Origin: an uncultured delta proteobacterium
GTDB lineage: Bacteria; Myxococcota_A; Polyangia; Haliangiales; Haliangiaceae
Assembly: GCA_963743525.1 (NCBI GenBank)
Contig: CAVUQH010000004.1
Location: 160,001 to 224,000, forward strand
Length of the DNA: 64,000 nucleotides
Direction of reading: 5' to 3'
Below are positions 47,516 through 58,367 of this stretch, piece by piece. The notes below the pieces were generated by a model, which searched no databases, was not told the DNA's origin, and was given only the letters and a program-made list of their open reading frames with translations. Positions within the stretch are counted from its first letter, which is position 1; each line of letters opens with the position of its first letter. Made by a program: the position numbers and the translations under genes.

Positions 47516-47531
47516 AGCAAGGGGCGGACCA
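47516..47531 (-). promoter_or_regulatory. sigma54 promoter candidate
   Basis: Minus strand TGGTCCGCCCCTTGCT (GG-N10-GC), 12 nt before ATG 47503. Confidence 0.5.
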
Positions 47532-47738
47532 ACTGCGCCGAGCCGGCACCGCGGAAAGGCAGGCCAGAGCCGGCAAGCTGCCGACATTCCGCGGACTCTC
47601 CGGCGTCTCATGCGACCCCGGTGGCGTCGCATGGCAGGGTTGGGCAGGTGTCAGGTTGCGTTGACACCTCCACACGCGGTCGAGTTTTCGACGCCACACT
47701 CTGACACACATGTCCGCATTTCGGGAAAATCCCCGGAC

Positions 47739-49055
47739 ATGTTCGTTTCCGGCCAAGAGGCGGCGGCACACTACGGCAGAAACCAGGCTCAGGCGCTCGA
47801 GCTGATAGACGGTTACGAGAAGCTGCGTAATCACATTGGTCAGCGCCGAGGGCAAATTCGCGAGCAGCTCGACGCGGCGCGGCTGGAGCTGGCGCGAGCC
47901 TACCTCACCAGTCTGCAGCCGGAGTCGTTCGAGCGGGTCAAGGAGCTGACCGGCTTCCTCGGCTTCGAGCGGCGTGATCCACGTCTCGCCATGGAGCGGG
48001 AGAAGCACGTCCTCGAGGCGACGATCTCCCGCGTCGAGGCCGACGAGCGCTACCAGCAGCGCGAGATGCGGGTCGGCGCCGACGGCACGCTCACGCAGAA
48101 GCGCATCGAGACCGTCGAGATGCTGCAGCCGTGGCTGGACGAGTGCCAGAAGTTCGAGCAGCACGAGGGCTTCCTCGAGCTGGTCCAGGTCGGCTACGAC
48201 ACGCCGCAGTTCGATGGCAAATGGTGGCACTCCAGCTACTGGAAGCACTGGGCCGCCGGCGACCGCATCTGCAAGGCGCTGGAGCTGGACGACTTCGGCG
48301 ACGACGTGTTGCCGGCCTACCGCAAGGCGGCCGAGCAGCGCGGCTTCTGGCAGGGCGAGCTGGCGACCATCGACGGCCAGATCGGCGCCATCCACGACAT
48401 GGTCCGCCAGCGCGACGGCGCCGTTGCGCGCATTCCCCAGCTGCCCGAGATCTACCTCGATCAGTGCCAGCAGCAGCTGGGCGAATACCTGGAGGAGGCC
48501 GACCTGTCGCTGCTGGAGGACTGGTTGCGCGAGCGCGCCGCCGCCGATCACCCGATCCTCGCGGCGCTGCGCAAGCTGGCCGGGCTCAAGGCCAAGGACA
48601 GCTTCCTCGCCGAGCTGGTCGAGCAGGGGCTCAACGACTCCATCGGCCAGCTCCGCGGCCGGGCGCAGAAGTACCAGCGCAAGGTGCAGAAGTTCCTCCG
48701 GCCCAAGAACTACGGCCGGCGCTTCGGCGACCGCGACCTCGACACCAAGTTCGCCAACAAGGCGGCCAAGTACCAGCAGCGCCAGGCCAAGCTGCGGTCG
48801 ATGGTCGATCGGATCTACGCTTACGACGCCTACGATCGGTTCAGTCTGACCAACGACCCGGCGCTGTGGTGGATGGAGATCACCGGCCGGCAGCCGCCGC
48901 GGTTGATGCCCAACACCTGGCGCTGGTATCAGCGGCACCCGAACCTGGCGCCGAATCTGGATCCAGTGTTCGACGACGATGACGACGGCGTGGCCCAGGG
49001 CGTCGCGGTGGCCGCCGCCGCCCGCGATCTGGACGAGGTGGGGTACCTGTCGTGA
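47739..49055 (+). CDS. Coiled-coil-rich hypothetical protein; first gene of the radical SAM operon
   Basis: Coding-like bias from ATG 47739; long helices with Trp/Tyr clusters ('KWWHSSYWKHW'); GTGA overlap with the next gene. Confidence 0.82.
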   Translation: MFVSGQEAAAHYGRNQAQALELIDGYEKLRNHIGQRRGQIREQLDAARLELARAYLTSLQPESFERVKELTGFLGFERRDPRLAMEREKHVLEATISRVEADERYQQREMRVGADGTLTQKRIETVEMLQPWLDECQKFEQHEGFLELVQVGYDTPQFDGKWWHSSYWKHWAAGDRICKALELDDFGDDVLPAYRKAAEQRGFWQGELATIDGQIGAIHDMVRQRDGAVARIPQLPEIYLDQCQQQLGEYLEEADLSLLEDWLRERAAADHPILAALRKLAGLKAKDSFLAELVEQGLNDSIGQLRGRAQKYQRKVQKFLRPKNYGRRFGDRDLDTKFANKAAKYQQRQAKLRSMVDRIYAYDAYDRFSLTNDPALWWMEITGRQPPRLMPNTWRWYQRHPNLAPNLDPVFDDDDDGVAQGVAVAAAARDLDEVGYLS

Positions 49056-50706
49056 AGACCCTGCGGGTCGTCTCGTACGCGATCAACGGCCGCGGCATGG
49101 GCCACCTGGTGCGCCAGCTGTCGATCCTCCGCTGGGTCGAGCGAATCACGTCGCTCCTGGGCGTGCCGTGCGAGCGCTGGGTGCTGACCTCGTCGGAGGC
49201 CGACACGCTGGCCCGCCGCGAGGGGGTGTGCGCGTTCAAGATGCCGTCCAAGGCGATGATGCGCGACGCCCGCGTCGATCCCAGCCGCTACCTGGCGCTG
49301 GCGCGGGCGTGGACGCTCAACATCATTTCGGGACTGCAGCCGGACCTCTTGCTGGTCGACACCTTCCCCGGCGGCAGCTTCGGCGAGCTGATCGCGGCGC
49401 TGGAGATGGCGCCCAACCGCGTGTTGGTGGCGCGGCGGGTGCGCGAAGAGGTGGCGGGCGATCCGGCCTACGCGGCGCTGTTGCCGCTCTATCACGCGCT
49501 GCTCGAGCCGGACGAGCGCGGCACCGGACCGATCCTCATCCGCGAGCGCGAGGAGCTGTCTGTCGCGCGCCGACGCCCGCGCGGCGCTGGGCGCGGCGCC
49601 GGATGCGCGCCTCCTCTATCTGACCCTCGGCGGCGGCGGCGACGTCGCCGCGCCCCACGCCCTGCCCCGGCTGGCCGACCGGCTGGCCGAGCGCGGCTGG
49701 CACGTGGTGGTCGGCGCCGGACCGCTGTACCAGGGGCGCGAGCGGCGCGGCCCGAACATCACCTGGATCGATCGGTATGTGCCGATGGAGCTGTTCGCCG
49801 CCTTCGACGTGGCGGTGTCGGCCGGCGGCTACAACGCCTGGAGCGAGCTGATGTACTGCGGCGTGCCGACGGTGTTCGTGCCCCAACCGCGGATCAGTGA
49901 CGATCAGGCCGAGCGGGCGCGCCGCGCCGAGGCGGCGGGGGCCGCGCGGGTGGCCTCGTCCCTCGACGAGGTGTTGGAGTTGGTCGACGATCCCGGCGAC
50001 CCGGCGGCGGCGCGCGCGCTGGTGCCGCACAACGGCGCGCGGGCGGCGGCGCTGGCGGCGCTGGCGCCGGTGCTGCCCGAGGCCGACCTGGCGATGGCCG
50101 CGCGGGTGCTCAGCCCGCGCCTGATCGCGGCGACTCGCGGGCTCAGCGACGGCGGCGCCGAGAAGGCGCTCGAGATCGTGCGCATCCTCGCCGGCGGCAC
50201 GCCGCGCGAGATCGCCCACCGGCGAGCGCTGCTGGCCGAGCTGGCCGACCGCGGCGTCGACGTCGGCGCCGCCGACGACCTGGGCTCGGTAGAGCGAGTC
50301 GAGCGCTTCCTCGAGCTGGTGCGCACCAGCGGCGCGCCGCTCGATGGCGCCGTCGCCCTGCTCAAGGCCTTGCGGCGCAAGTTCCCGGCCGCCGGCAGCG
50401 GCGACCTGCTCGAAGCGGCGGTGGCGCTGTTCGGCGCGTGGGCCCGCTTCGGCGACTGGATGGGCGCGGTGTCGCTGATGCGCGCGGTGCCGATCCAGCG
50501 CGGCTTCGGCGTGCGCGCCTTTGCCGATGCCACCGCGTCGTGGCTGGCCGGCGAGGAGGATTCTGTTCGACGCCCTGCGCGTGTTCACGCGGCTCGAAGG
50601 CGGCGGCTCCCGGCCGATCGCCGAGGTGCTGCGGCTGCTCGCCCGCGGCGATGGCGGCGACGAGCCGCACGCCGACGACCGCGACCCGGCCGAGGCGGAG
50701 CTGTGA
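49052..50706 (+). CDS. GT-B fold glycosyltransferase (GT28/MurG-like C-domain) with a helical extension; frameshifts at about 49559 and 50561
   Basis: 'NGRGMGHLVR', 'PDLLLVDTFP', then shifted frame 'LYLTLGGGG', 'FDVAVSAGGYN..SEL..GVPTVFVP...DDQ..RA'. Confidence 0.82.
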
Positions 50707-51872
50707 GCCGACCCGATCCCACCGACCTGTCGGCCAAGGCGCTGCGCCAGCTGGTGGTCGACGGCGTCGACGCCGGCGCGCCCAGCATCGGCCCGACCAC
50801 GGTGCACATCGACGTCACCAACGCGTGCAACGCCGCCTGCATCACCTGCTGGGATCACTCGCCGCTGCTCGTGTCGCCGCGGCCGGCGACGTGGAAGAAG
50901 CGGCGGCTGTCGCTCGCCGACTTCGACGCGATCGTCGACGATCTGGTCGCGCTGGGCTCGGTGCGCGCGGTGATCCTGTCGGGCATGGGCGAGCCGCTGG
51001 TCAACCCGGACATCTACCAGATGATCGCCCGGGTCAAGGCGGCCGGCTGGCGGCTGACCATGCTGACCAACCTGATCGCCGCCGACATCGATCGGCTGTG
51101 CGACGCCGGCGTCGACCAGCTGCTGGTCGGCGTCCACGGCGCGTCGCCGATCGCCTACAGCGCCTTCCACCCCGGCTGGGACGAGTCGGACTTCGCCACC
51201 ATGTGTCGCTACCTGCGCCGGCTGGCCGCCACCGACACCCGCGTGCGCCACGTTCAGGTGATCAACCGCGACACCGCGCCCGAGGTGGTCGACATGGTTC
51301 GCTTCGGCGCCCGCTTCGGCGCCGACCGGGTCAACTTCAAGCTGGCCAGCCTGTCCGGCGGCACCGAGGATTGCGGTATCGACGCCGCCCAGCGCGACTG
51401 GCTGATCGACGACGCCCTGCCCCGGGCCCGGGCCCTGGCCGCCGAGCTCGACGTCCCGACCAACCTGGATCTCTTCTCGGCCCAGCTCGAAGCCACCCGC
51501 GCCAACCTGCGCACGACCACGCCGATGGACGAGGTCGGCTGCTTCATGGGCTACGTCTACACGCGCATCACCGTCGACCTCGACGTGCTCTACTGCTGCA
51601 ACACCGAGGTGAAGGTCGGGTCGCTGCGCCAGGCGCGCTTGCCGGCGCTGTGGTTCGGCGAGGCGTGGCAGGCGCTGCGCGACCGGTTGCGCGCGGGCCA
51701 CTACCTGCGCGGCTGCGATCGCTGCGGCAAGTTCGAGCAGAACCTGGCCTGGAGCCAGCGCTACCGAGCCGCTCGCGGCGACGACGCCCTGCGCGCCGCC
51801 ACCGGGCGCGGCCCCGAGGCCGCCGGGCCGCGCTTGCCGCGCAGCCGGGCGCTGCCGGTGGTGGAGACGTGA
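50703..51872 (+). CDS. Radical SAM protein with SPASM/twitch domain
   Basis: 'CNAACITC', 'LSGMGEPL', 'CFMG', 'YCCN', 'CDRC'. GTGA overlap. Confidence 0.9.
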   Translation: MSRPDPTDLSAKALRQLVVDGVDAGAPSIGPTTVHIDVTNACNAACITCWDHSPLLVSPRPATWKKRRLSLADFDAIVDDLVALGSVRAVILSGMGEPLVNPDIYQMIARVKAAGWRLTMLTNLIAADIDRLCDAGVDQLLVGVHGASPIAYSAFHPGWDESDFATMCRYLRRLAATDTRVRHVQVINRDTAPEVVDMVRFGARFGADRVNFKLASLSGGTEDCGIDAAQRDWLIDDALPRARALAAELDVPTNLDLFSAQLEATRANLRTTTPMDEVGCFMGYVYTRITVDLDVLYCCNTEVKVGSLRQARLPALWFGEAWQALRDRLRAGHYLRGCDRCGKFEQNLAWSQRYRAARGDDALRAATGRGPEAAGPRLPRSRALPVVET

Positions 51873-52747
51873 GCCAGCCGCGCACGCCGACGATCGAGTG
51901 GCAGGTCGCCGGCGCCTGCAACTACGACTGCAGCTACTGCATCCAGTCGCGCCGCTACCGCCGCGGGCGGCCGGACCGCGACCAGCTCGCCCGCGCCCTC
52001 GACTTCTTCGCCGCGCTGCCCGGGACCTGGGAGCTCAAGTGCAGCGGCGGCGAGGCGTTCGCCCATCCGCTGTTCATGGAGCTGGTGGTGCCCGGCATCA
52101 TCCGCCGCACCGCCCATCGCATCAGCGTGCTGACCAACTTCTCGGCCAGCCGCCGCGACCTGATGCGCTTTGCCGACCTGACCCGCGGCCGGCTGTCGGT
52201 GTTCAGCGCCTCGCTACATCTCGAGTTCGTCGAGGCGGAAGAGTTCGCCGCCCGCGCCGACTGGTTCGTCAACCAGCTCGAGCCCGGCGTGTCGTTCGTG
52301 GTCAACCAGGTGGTCTTGCCCGGCCGCGAGGCCGAGGCGGCGCGCTGCCGCGACGCGCTCGAGGCCCGTGGCATCCGCTGGTTCCCGCAGCTGTACAAGG
52401 TCGACGGCGGCGTCGCCGACTACCCGGATGCCGACGCGCTGGTGCCGCTGCTCGGCCGCCGGCCGGGACCGCGACGAGCCAACGTCGCCCCGTCGTACCG
52501 CGGGCGCCGCTGCTGGGCCGGCGTCGACTACTTCGCGGTCGACAAAGACGGCGAGGCGTGGAGCTGCCGCACCGCCAAGCGCCACGGCGCCGGGCGACTG
52601 GGCAACGTCTACGACGGTGCGGTCGAGCGCATGACCGAGGCCCTGCCCTGCCCCTACGACATCTGTCCGTGCACGGTGCCGGCCAACCGCGGCATGATCG
52701 AGGGAATCGATCCCGGCGCACCCGAGCGCGAGGAGGCGGACGGATGA
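51869..52747 (+). CDS. Small radical SAM protein with a Cys-rich twitch-like C-terminus (paralog A)
   Basis: 'CNYDCSYC', 'SGGEAF', 'TNFS', 'SASLHLE', 'CWAG', 'CPYDICPCTVP'. Confidence 0.9.
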   Translation: MSQPRTPTIEWQVAGACNYDCSYCIQSRRYRRGRPDRDQLARALDFFAALPGTWELKCSGGEAFAHPLFMELVVPGIIRRTAHRISVLTNFSASRRDLMRFADLTRGRLSVFSASLHLEFVEAEEFAARADWFVNQLEPGVSFVVNQVVLPGREAEAARCRDALEARGIRWFPQLYKVDGGVADYPDADALVPLLGRRPGPRRANVAPSYRGRRCWAGVDYFAVDKDGEAWSCRTAKRHGAGRLGNVYDGAVERMTEALPCPYDICPCTVPANRGMIEGIDPGAPEREEADG

Positions 52748-53588
52748 CGGGCGAGCCGCTCTACCCGCTGGAGGGTGTGGTGTCGTGGAACATGAACACC
52801 ACCTGCAACTACCGCTGCAGCTACTGCACCCAGCGGTTCGTCGACGACCGCGCGCAGTGGGCGCGCGACCTGCCGCGCTTCATCGACGCCTTCACCTCGC
52901 TGCCGGGCGAGTGGGAGATCAAGCTGTCGGGCGGCGAGCCGTTCCGCCACCCGGACTTCCTCGACGCGGTGCGCGCCCTGGCCGGCGGCGGCATGCGCGT
53001 CTCGTGCGTCACCAACTTCTCGGCCGGGCGCGACGCGCTGGCGGCGTTCGCCGAGGCGACGGCGGCGCGCCCGGGGCTGGTGTCGGCGTCGCTCCACCTC
53101 GAGTACGCCGATCCCGAGGCGTTCCTCGCCGAGCTTCGTGTGGTTCGCCGAGGGCTATGCCGGGCGCGATTTGCGTGACCTGCGTGGCCACCCGCGACAA
53201 CCTGCCCCGCCTGACCGAGCTGAAGCGGCGCTTCGACGGCGCCGGGCTGCCGTTCAAGGTGCAGCCGGAGAAGCAGGATCGCGAGGTGATCGACTACAGC
53301 GAGGACGAGCGCGCCCAGCTGATCGCGCTGGGCGGCCACAACGGCACCGGACGGATCGCGCCCCGTTTCGCCGGGCGGCCCTGCTGGGCCGGCGCCCGCT
53401 ACTTCATCGTCGATCACCGCGGCGAGGCGTACCGCTGCTACCCGGCGCGGCGCTTTCGCCGCGAGCGTCTGGGCAATCTGCTCGATGGATCGTTCCGCGT
53501 CCGACTCGAGGCCGAGCCGTGCCGCTATGATTACTGCAACTGCACCGTGCCCCAGGAGCGGGGGATGGTCGACACGAGGGTGAGCTGA
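52744..53588 (+). CDS. Small radical SAM protein (paralog B); 1-nt insertion at about 53135
   Basis: 'CNYRCSYC', 'LSGGEPF', 'TNFS', 'SASLHLE', then shifted frame 'CWAG', 'CRYDYCNCTVP'. Confidence 0.88.
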
Positions 53589-54109
53589 TGCTGGCTGGAA
53601 ACATGAAGCTGCGAAACTTCCTCATCCTGGCGACGCTGGTCGTCGCCGGCGGCATCGCCGGGCTGTACGTCGCCTGCCGCGGCGGCGACACGGACAACAA
53701 GGTCGCCGGCGGAACCTCACCGCTGCAGCAGCCGCACACCGCACCGGCGACGCCCGCGGCGCCGACGCAGGTCACGCCCCCGGTTCAGCCGGCCGCCGAC
53801 CCGGCCGCCGCGGCGCCGTCGTCGAACATGCGCCCGGTCGATCAAGAGGTCATGAAGTGGGTGGGCAAGGACCTCGGGTCGAAGAAGCTCAAGGACGTCA
53901 CCAAGGGCCGCCCCTACAAGGTCAACCTCTACCAGGATGACGGCAAGCCGTCGGTCAACCGGGCCAAGATCGACCTCGACCGCGACGACAAGTGGGACGA
54001 GAAGTGGACCTTCGACGGGCCCAACGTGTCGCGCAAGGTCGCGCCCGACGACGACGAGAACTACACCGAGAGCTCGGTGTGGAACGGCTCGGCCTGGGTC
54101 GCCGAGTAG
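53588..54109 (+). CDS. Membrane-anchored or secreted protein with a DxDxD acidic motif
   Basis: TGATG overlap; N-terminal hydrophobic segment, Pro/Ala linker, 'KIDLDRDDKWDEKW'. Confidence 0.8.
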   Translation: MLAGNMKLRNFLILATLVVAGGIAGLYVACRGGDTDNKVAGGTSPLQQPHTAPATPAAPTQVTPPVQPAADPAAAAPSSNMRPVDQEVMKWVGKDLGSKKLKDVTKGRPYKVNLYQDDGKPSVNRAKIDLDRDDKWDEKWTFDGPNVSRKVAPDDDENYTESSVWNGSAWVAE

Positions 54110-54110
54110 C

Positions 54111-54773
54111 TCAGGCGCGGGCGCCCCACTCGGCGCGGTAGGCGGCGATGCGCTCGAGCTGGGCGGCGTCGAGAACGCCGCGCTCGCGCAGATGCTCGAC
54201 CACCTCGTCGATGGTGACGATGGCGAAGGCGGGCATGCCGTGCTCGATGCCGGCGTCGGCCAGGGCCGAGCGGTCACCGGTGCCGCGCTCCTGGCGATCG
54301 ACCGACACGACCAGGCCGGCCAGCTCGATCGCGGCGGCGGCGCGGAGCAGCGGCACGGTCTCGCGGATCGAGGTGCCGGCGGTGGTGACGTCCTCGACGA
54401 TCAGCACGCGGTCGCCGTCGGCCAGCGGCTTGCCGACCAGGCTGCCGCCCTCGCCGTGGTCCTTGGCCTCCTTGCGGTTGTAGCAGAAGGCGACGTCGGC
54501 GCCGCGCTCGGCCATCGCCATCGAGGTGGCGACGACCAGCGGGATGCCCTTGTAGGCGGGGCCGAACAGGACGTCGATCTCACCGGCGCCCAGCCGGGCG
54601 GCGACAGCGTCGGCGTAGAAGCCGCCCAGCCGGCGCATCTGCGCCCCGGTCCGGTAGCGGCCGGTGTTGACGAAGTACGGCGTCTTGCGCCCGCTCTTGG
54701 TGACGAAGTCGCCGAAGGTCAGCACGCCGACCTCGACCATGAAGTCGATGAACTCCCGCTTGTACGCGTCCAC
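54111..54773 (-). CDS. pyrE: Orotate phosphoribosyltransferase
   Basis: 'FGDFVTKSGR.TPYF', 'GPAYKGIP', 'NRKEAKDHGEGG', 'VEDVTTAGTS'. Confidence 0.96.
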   Translation of the reverse strand: MDAYKREFIDFMVEVGVLTFGDFVTKSGRKTPYFVNTGRYRTGAQMRRLGGFYADAVAARLGAGEIDVLFGPAYKGIPLVVATSMAMAERGADVAFCYNRKEAKDHGEGGSLVGKPLADGDRVLIVEDVTTAGTSIRETVPLLRAAAAIELAGLVVSVDRQERGTGDRSALADAGIEHGMPAFAIVTIDEVVEHLRERGVLDAAQLERIAAYRAEWGARA

Positions 54774-54798
54774 GGGCGGACGCTACCACGGCGGCGCG

Positions 54799-55566
54799 TC
54801 AGCGCGCAGCGGCCTGACCGCGCTCGACCCGCTCGGCCAGACGACCCAGCTCGTGGGACAGGCGGCGCAGTGCCTCGCCCATCCGCCGGCGCAGCCCCTC
54901 GACCAGTGGCGGCAACTCGGATTCCGACTCGCGCTCGGTCGGCTCGGGCTCGACCGGCTGCGGCACCAGCGCCAGCCGGCGCAGGTGCTCCAGACGGAAC
55001 GGCTCGGTCGGAAGACGCCGCGGCACCGGCCGCCCGGTCACGGTCAGCGGCGGCGCGCTGACCAGGAAGCGGGCCTCGGTCCAGCGCACCATCTCCACCA
55101 GCGCATCCTCGTTGGTGCGCCCGTTGAGCCGCACGTCGGCGATCTCTCCCGCGCGGTAGACGACCTCGCCGCGATCGAACTCGTGGATCACCACCACCGT
55201 GCAGGTCAGCGCGTTCTGTTCGCAGTGACGCATGACCCGGACCAGTGGCACCTCGCTGAGGTCGCCGCGGAACGCCGCCGCCGGGCCGAGCACGCCGTCG
55301 AGGTCGGGCAGCCGCTGCGAGATCTCGTAGCTGCCGCCGGACAGCTGGCGCATCTCCTCCACCGCGGCGTCGCCGCTGGCACCGGCGAACTCGGCGCTGT
55401 CGACGATGCCGGCACGCAGCACCACGCAGCCGCGGTTGGGCCCGCTGGTCAGGTCGATCCGGCCGGTGACCGCGCTTCGCTGGCAGTGGGCCAGGAGGCG
55501 CGAGAGCGGCATCTCGGCCAGCGAGCCGCGGATGCGGTTGGGGGAGGCAGTCAGCGTCGCGTGCAT
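54799..55566 (-). CDS. Tandem DUF4388/PATAN-like domain protein
   Basis: Two repeats of 'G.L.E.PL....HC....TG' and 'G.I.....G..A..EM..W.E..F'. Confidence 0.78.
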   Translation of the reverse strand: MHATLTASPNRIRGSLAEMPLSRLLAHCQRSAVTGRIDLTSGPNRGCVVLRAGIVDSAEFAGASGDAAVEEMRQLSGGSYEISQRLPDLDGVLGPAAAFRGDLSEVPLVRVMRHCEQNALTCTVVVIHEFDRGEVVYRAGEIADVRLNGRTNEDALVEMVRWTEARFLVSAPPLTVTGRPVPRRLPTEPFRLEHLRRLALVPQPVEPEPTERESESELPPLVEGLRRRMGEALRRLSHELGRLAERVERGQAAAR

Positions 55567-55786
55567 GGCCCCCTTCTACAGCAGCTCCCGTACCAACTCT
55601 GGTTCACCCGGGATCACAAGGATTGCGCCGATTTGGACCGCTCCGCCGCGACGGGCCGCGAAAAGCCTCCGAAAACCGGATGCCCCCCTCCGGATAGACT
55701 ACAGACACCTGTCCCCACTCACCCGGGAGCACCTGTGCTTCCGGCACCTTCGTTTCCTGGCATGGCCGGTGCTGTAGGACCGGCCC

Positions 55787-57505
55787 ATGTTTGCAACGAG
55801 ACGTCTGCAGTTTTGGACGAGCTCTCTCTTCGTAGCCGCCATCGCCGGGGGCTGCATTGCGGGGAACGGGCAGTCGAGCTCCGCGATCGATTGGACCGGC
55901 GAGAGCTGTGAAACCATCGACTTCGACACCAATGGCACGGGCGATCCGATCGTCACGGGCGAGGTGATCGAAGAGGCCTACGCGGCCAAGGGGATCCACG
56001 TCCAGGTATTCCAGGACGAGGCCGAGACGATCCCCGGCCTCGGCGTCGCCTTCGACAGCAACCACCCGACCGGCGGTGACGACGACCTGAAGTTCAGCGG
56101 TCTCGGCCACATCCTGATCAACCAGGAGAACTTCACCGCCGCCGACGTCGCTGCCGGCAAGGTCGCCGAGCCCGACGACGAGGCCAAGGGCGCCTTCTTC
56201 GACATCCACTTCGACGATCCGGCGTGCATCCGCAGCCTGATCCTGCTCGACATCGACTACGGCGAGGACCCGGCCAAGCTGGCGTTCTACGACAGCGCCG
56301 ACAATCTGATCGCCACCCACCAGGTGGCGCCGATGGGCAACAACGTGCGCCTCGACGTGCCGCTGCCGTTGACGCCGCAGTGCAACGTTGCGCGGATGAC
56401 CGTCTACCTGTCGTCGAGCGGCGCCATGGACAACCTCGAGGTCTGCCGGCGCCCGCAGGCGCCGCAGGTCTGGACCCGCACGTACGACAGCGGCTACGAC
56501 GACGTCGGCAACGACGTCGCCGCCGATTCGGCGCGCAACGCCGTGGTCGTCGGCACCAGCGGCACCGCCGCCGGCACCACCGACGGCATCGTGCGCAAGT
56601 ACGACCCCGACGGCAACCTGCTGTGGAACACCTCGATCAGCAACGGCGGCGACGACACCGCCGAGTCGGTGGCGGTCGACACCTGCGACGACATCCTGGT
56701 CGCCGGCCGTCGCCAGGGCGCTGGTGACGACGACCTGTACGTGACCAAGCTGAAGAAGAACGGCACCACCATCTGGACCCAGACCTACGACGGCGGCGGC
56801 GACGATGCCGCCTACGGCGTGGCCAGCGACTCGACCAAGCACATCGTGGTCGCCGGCTTCACCAGCGTCGCCACCGGCAGCGACATCTTCGTGCGCAAGT
56901 ACGACCGCGACGGCAACACCGTGTGGACGCGCAGCGCCGACGTCGGCGCCCGCGACATGGCGTTCGACGTCGCCATCGGTCCCAACGACGAGATCGCCGT
57001 GGTCGGGCAGATCGACAACGGCGACCTGGACCTGTGGGTGCGCCTGTACGACTCCGCCGGCACCGAGCAGTGGACCCGCGTCTTCGACGGCGGCGGCGAC
57101 GACGTCGGTCACGGCGTGGCCATCGACGGCGACGGCAACGTGCTGGTCGGCGGCGAGGCGTTCAACGGCGCCACCAGCGACGTGTTCGTGCGCAAGTACG
57201 ACGGCGCCGGTAACACCGTCTGGACCCGGACCTACGACGGCGGCGGGGTTAACGTCGGCAACGGCGTGGCCACCGACGCGGCCGGCAGCGTGATCGTCAA
57301 CGGCTTCACCGACAACGCCACCCGCGACGGCTGGACGCGCAAGTACGACGCCGACGGCAACGAGGTGTGGACCGAGCTGTTCGACCAGGGCGGAGCCGAC
57401 GAGGGCAACGGCGTGGCCACCGATACCGCGGGCGCCGTGCTCGCTACCGGCTTCTTCGAGGGCCCGAGCGACCTGGACCTGTGGCTGGCGAGGTACCGCC
57501 CGTGA
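55787..57505 (+). CDS. Lipoprotein with C-terminal beta-propeller repeats
   Basis: Lipobox 'IAGGC'; about 7 repeats 'D..VRKYD..GN..WT.T.DGG..D.G.GVA.D'. Confidence 0.88.
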   Translation: MFATRRLQFWTSSLFVAAIAGGCIAGNGQSSSAIDWTGESCETIDFDTNGTGDPIVTGEVIEEAYAAKGIHVQVFQDEAETIPGLGVAFDSNHPTGGDDDLKFSGLGHILINQENFTAADVAAGKVAEPDDEAKGAFFDIHFDDPACIRSLILLDIDYGEDPAKLAFYDSADNLIATHQVAPMGNNVRLDVPLPLTPQCNVARMTVYLSSSGAMDNLEVCRRPQAPQVWTRTYDSGYDDVGNDVAADSARNAVVVGTSGTAAGTTDGIVRKYDPDGNLLWNTSISNGGDDTAESVAVDTCDDILVAGRRQGAGDDDLYVTKLKKNGTTIWTQTYDGGGDDAAYGVASDSTKHIVVAGFTSVATGSDIFVRKYDRDGNTVWTRSADVGARDMAFDVAIGPNDEIAVVGQIDNGDLDLWVRLYDSAGTEQWTRVFDGGGDDVGHGVAIDGDGNVLVGGEAFNGATSDVFVRKYDGAGNTVWTRTYDGGGVNVGNGVATDAAGSVIVNGFTDNATRDGWTRKYDADGNEVWTELFDQGGADEGNGVATDTAGAVLATGFFEGPSDLDLWLARYRP

Positions 57506-57535
57506 GCCGGCGAAAGCGCCGGCCCAACCGCGGCA

Positions 57536-58367
57536 TCAGTACATCGCCACGGCGAGCGATACACCGCCCGGCGTGATCGCCACGCGGACCCGGCCGCCGC
57601 GCCCCTTGACCGTGAGATAGCGGTAGGTGGCGCCGGCGGCCAGCGCTGCGCTCACGCCCAGCGCGACCAGCGACACGGTTCGGTCGCGCCCGGCCCGCTG
57701 ATTGGCATCGACGTAGTCGAAGTAGTTGGTCGAACTCGCTGGCCGCCCGCTCCGCCGAGCCCTTGGCCACCCAGAAACCGATCGACACGCCCAGCGCGGC
57801 CACACCGCCGCCGGCCATCGCGCCGCCGGCGAGGTCGTGATACCAGGGCGCCTGGTCGCGCCGCGGCCCGGCGGTGAGCGCCGCGGCCGGCGCCTGGATC
57901 GGCTCGGGCGGCGCCGACGCTTCTTCCGCCTCCTCCAGCGCCGCCGGCGTCGACACGCGCGGCCGGCCGCCCGGTCCCGACTCCAGCGCGCGGTTGCAGC
58001 GGCGCAGGTTGACCCGCGCGGCCTCGGCCTGGTTCGGATCCGGGTGGGTCTCGAGGAAGCGCTGGTAATAGACGACCGCGGTCGGGCAGTCGCCCGACAG
58101 ACGCTCGGCCTGGGCCATGGCGAACAGGAAGTCGGGCCGCGGGTCGAGAGCGTAGCCGGCGCGGAACTCGACCAGCGCCAGCTCGTACTGCTTTTGCGCG
58201 TAGAACTCGATGCCGCGCTGCAGGTGCTCATCGACCTCGCGGGCCAGATCGGTGTTGGCCTCGGGGTCGGCTCGTTTCGTCGCCTTCTGGTCCCTGGAAG
58301 GTTGGTCGGCCCGCGCCGTCGCGGTCGCCATCAGCAGCAGCAGCGCCGCGACCAGCGCGCGGATCAA
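57536..58367 (-). CDS. Secreted TPR protein with a hydrophobic C-terminus; 1-nt insertion at about 57733
   Basis: TPR segment 'G..FY..KQYE.AL.EF..GY.LDP'. Removing one base in GTCGAAC (57729-57735) joins ORF 57444..58367 to the C-terminus in ORF 57536..58231. Confidence 0.82.

Noticed and set aside
51869..53588. Prokaryotic viperins
   Set aside because: They share only generic CNYxCxxC and SGGE motifs; the Cys-rich twitch-like C-terminus and CxxxCSYC pattern do not fit viperin.
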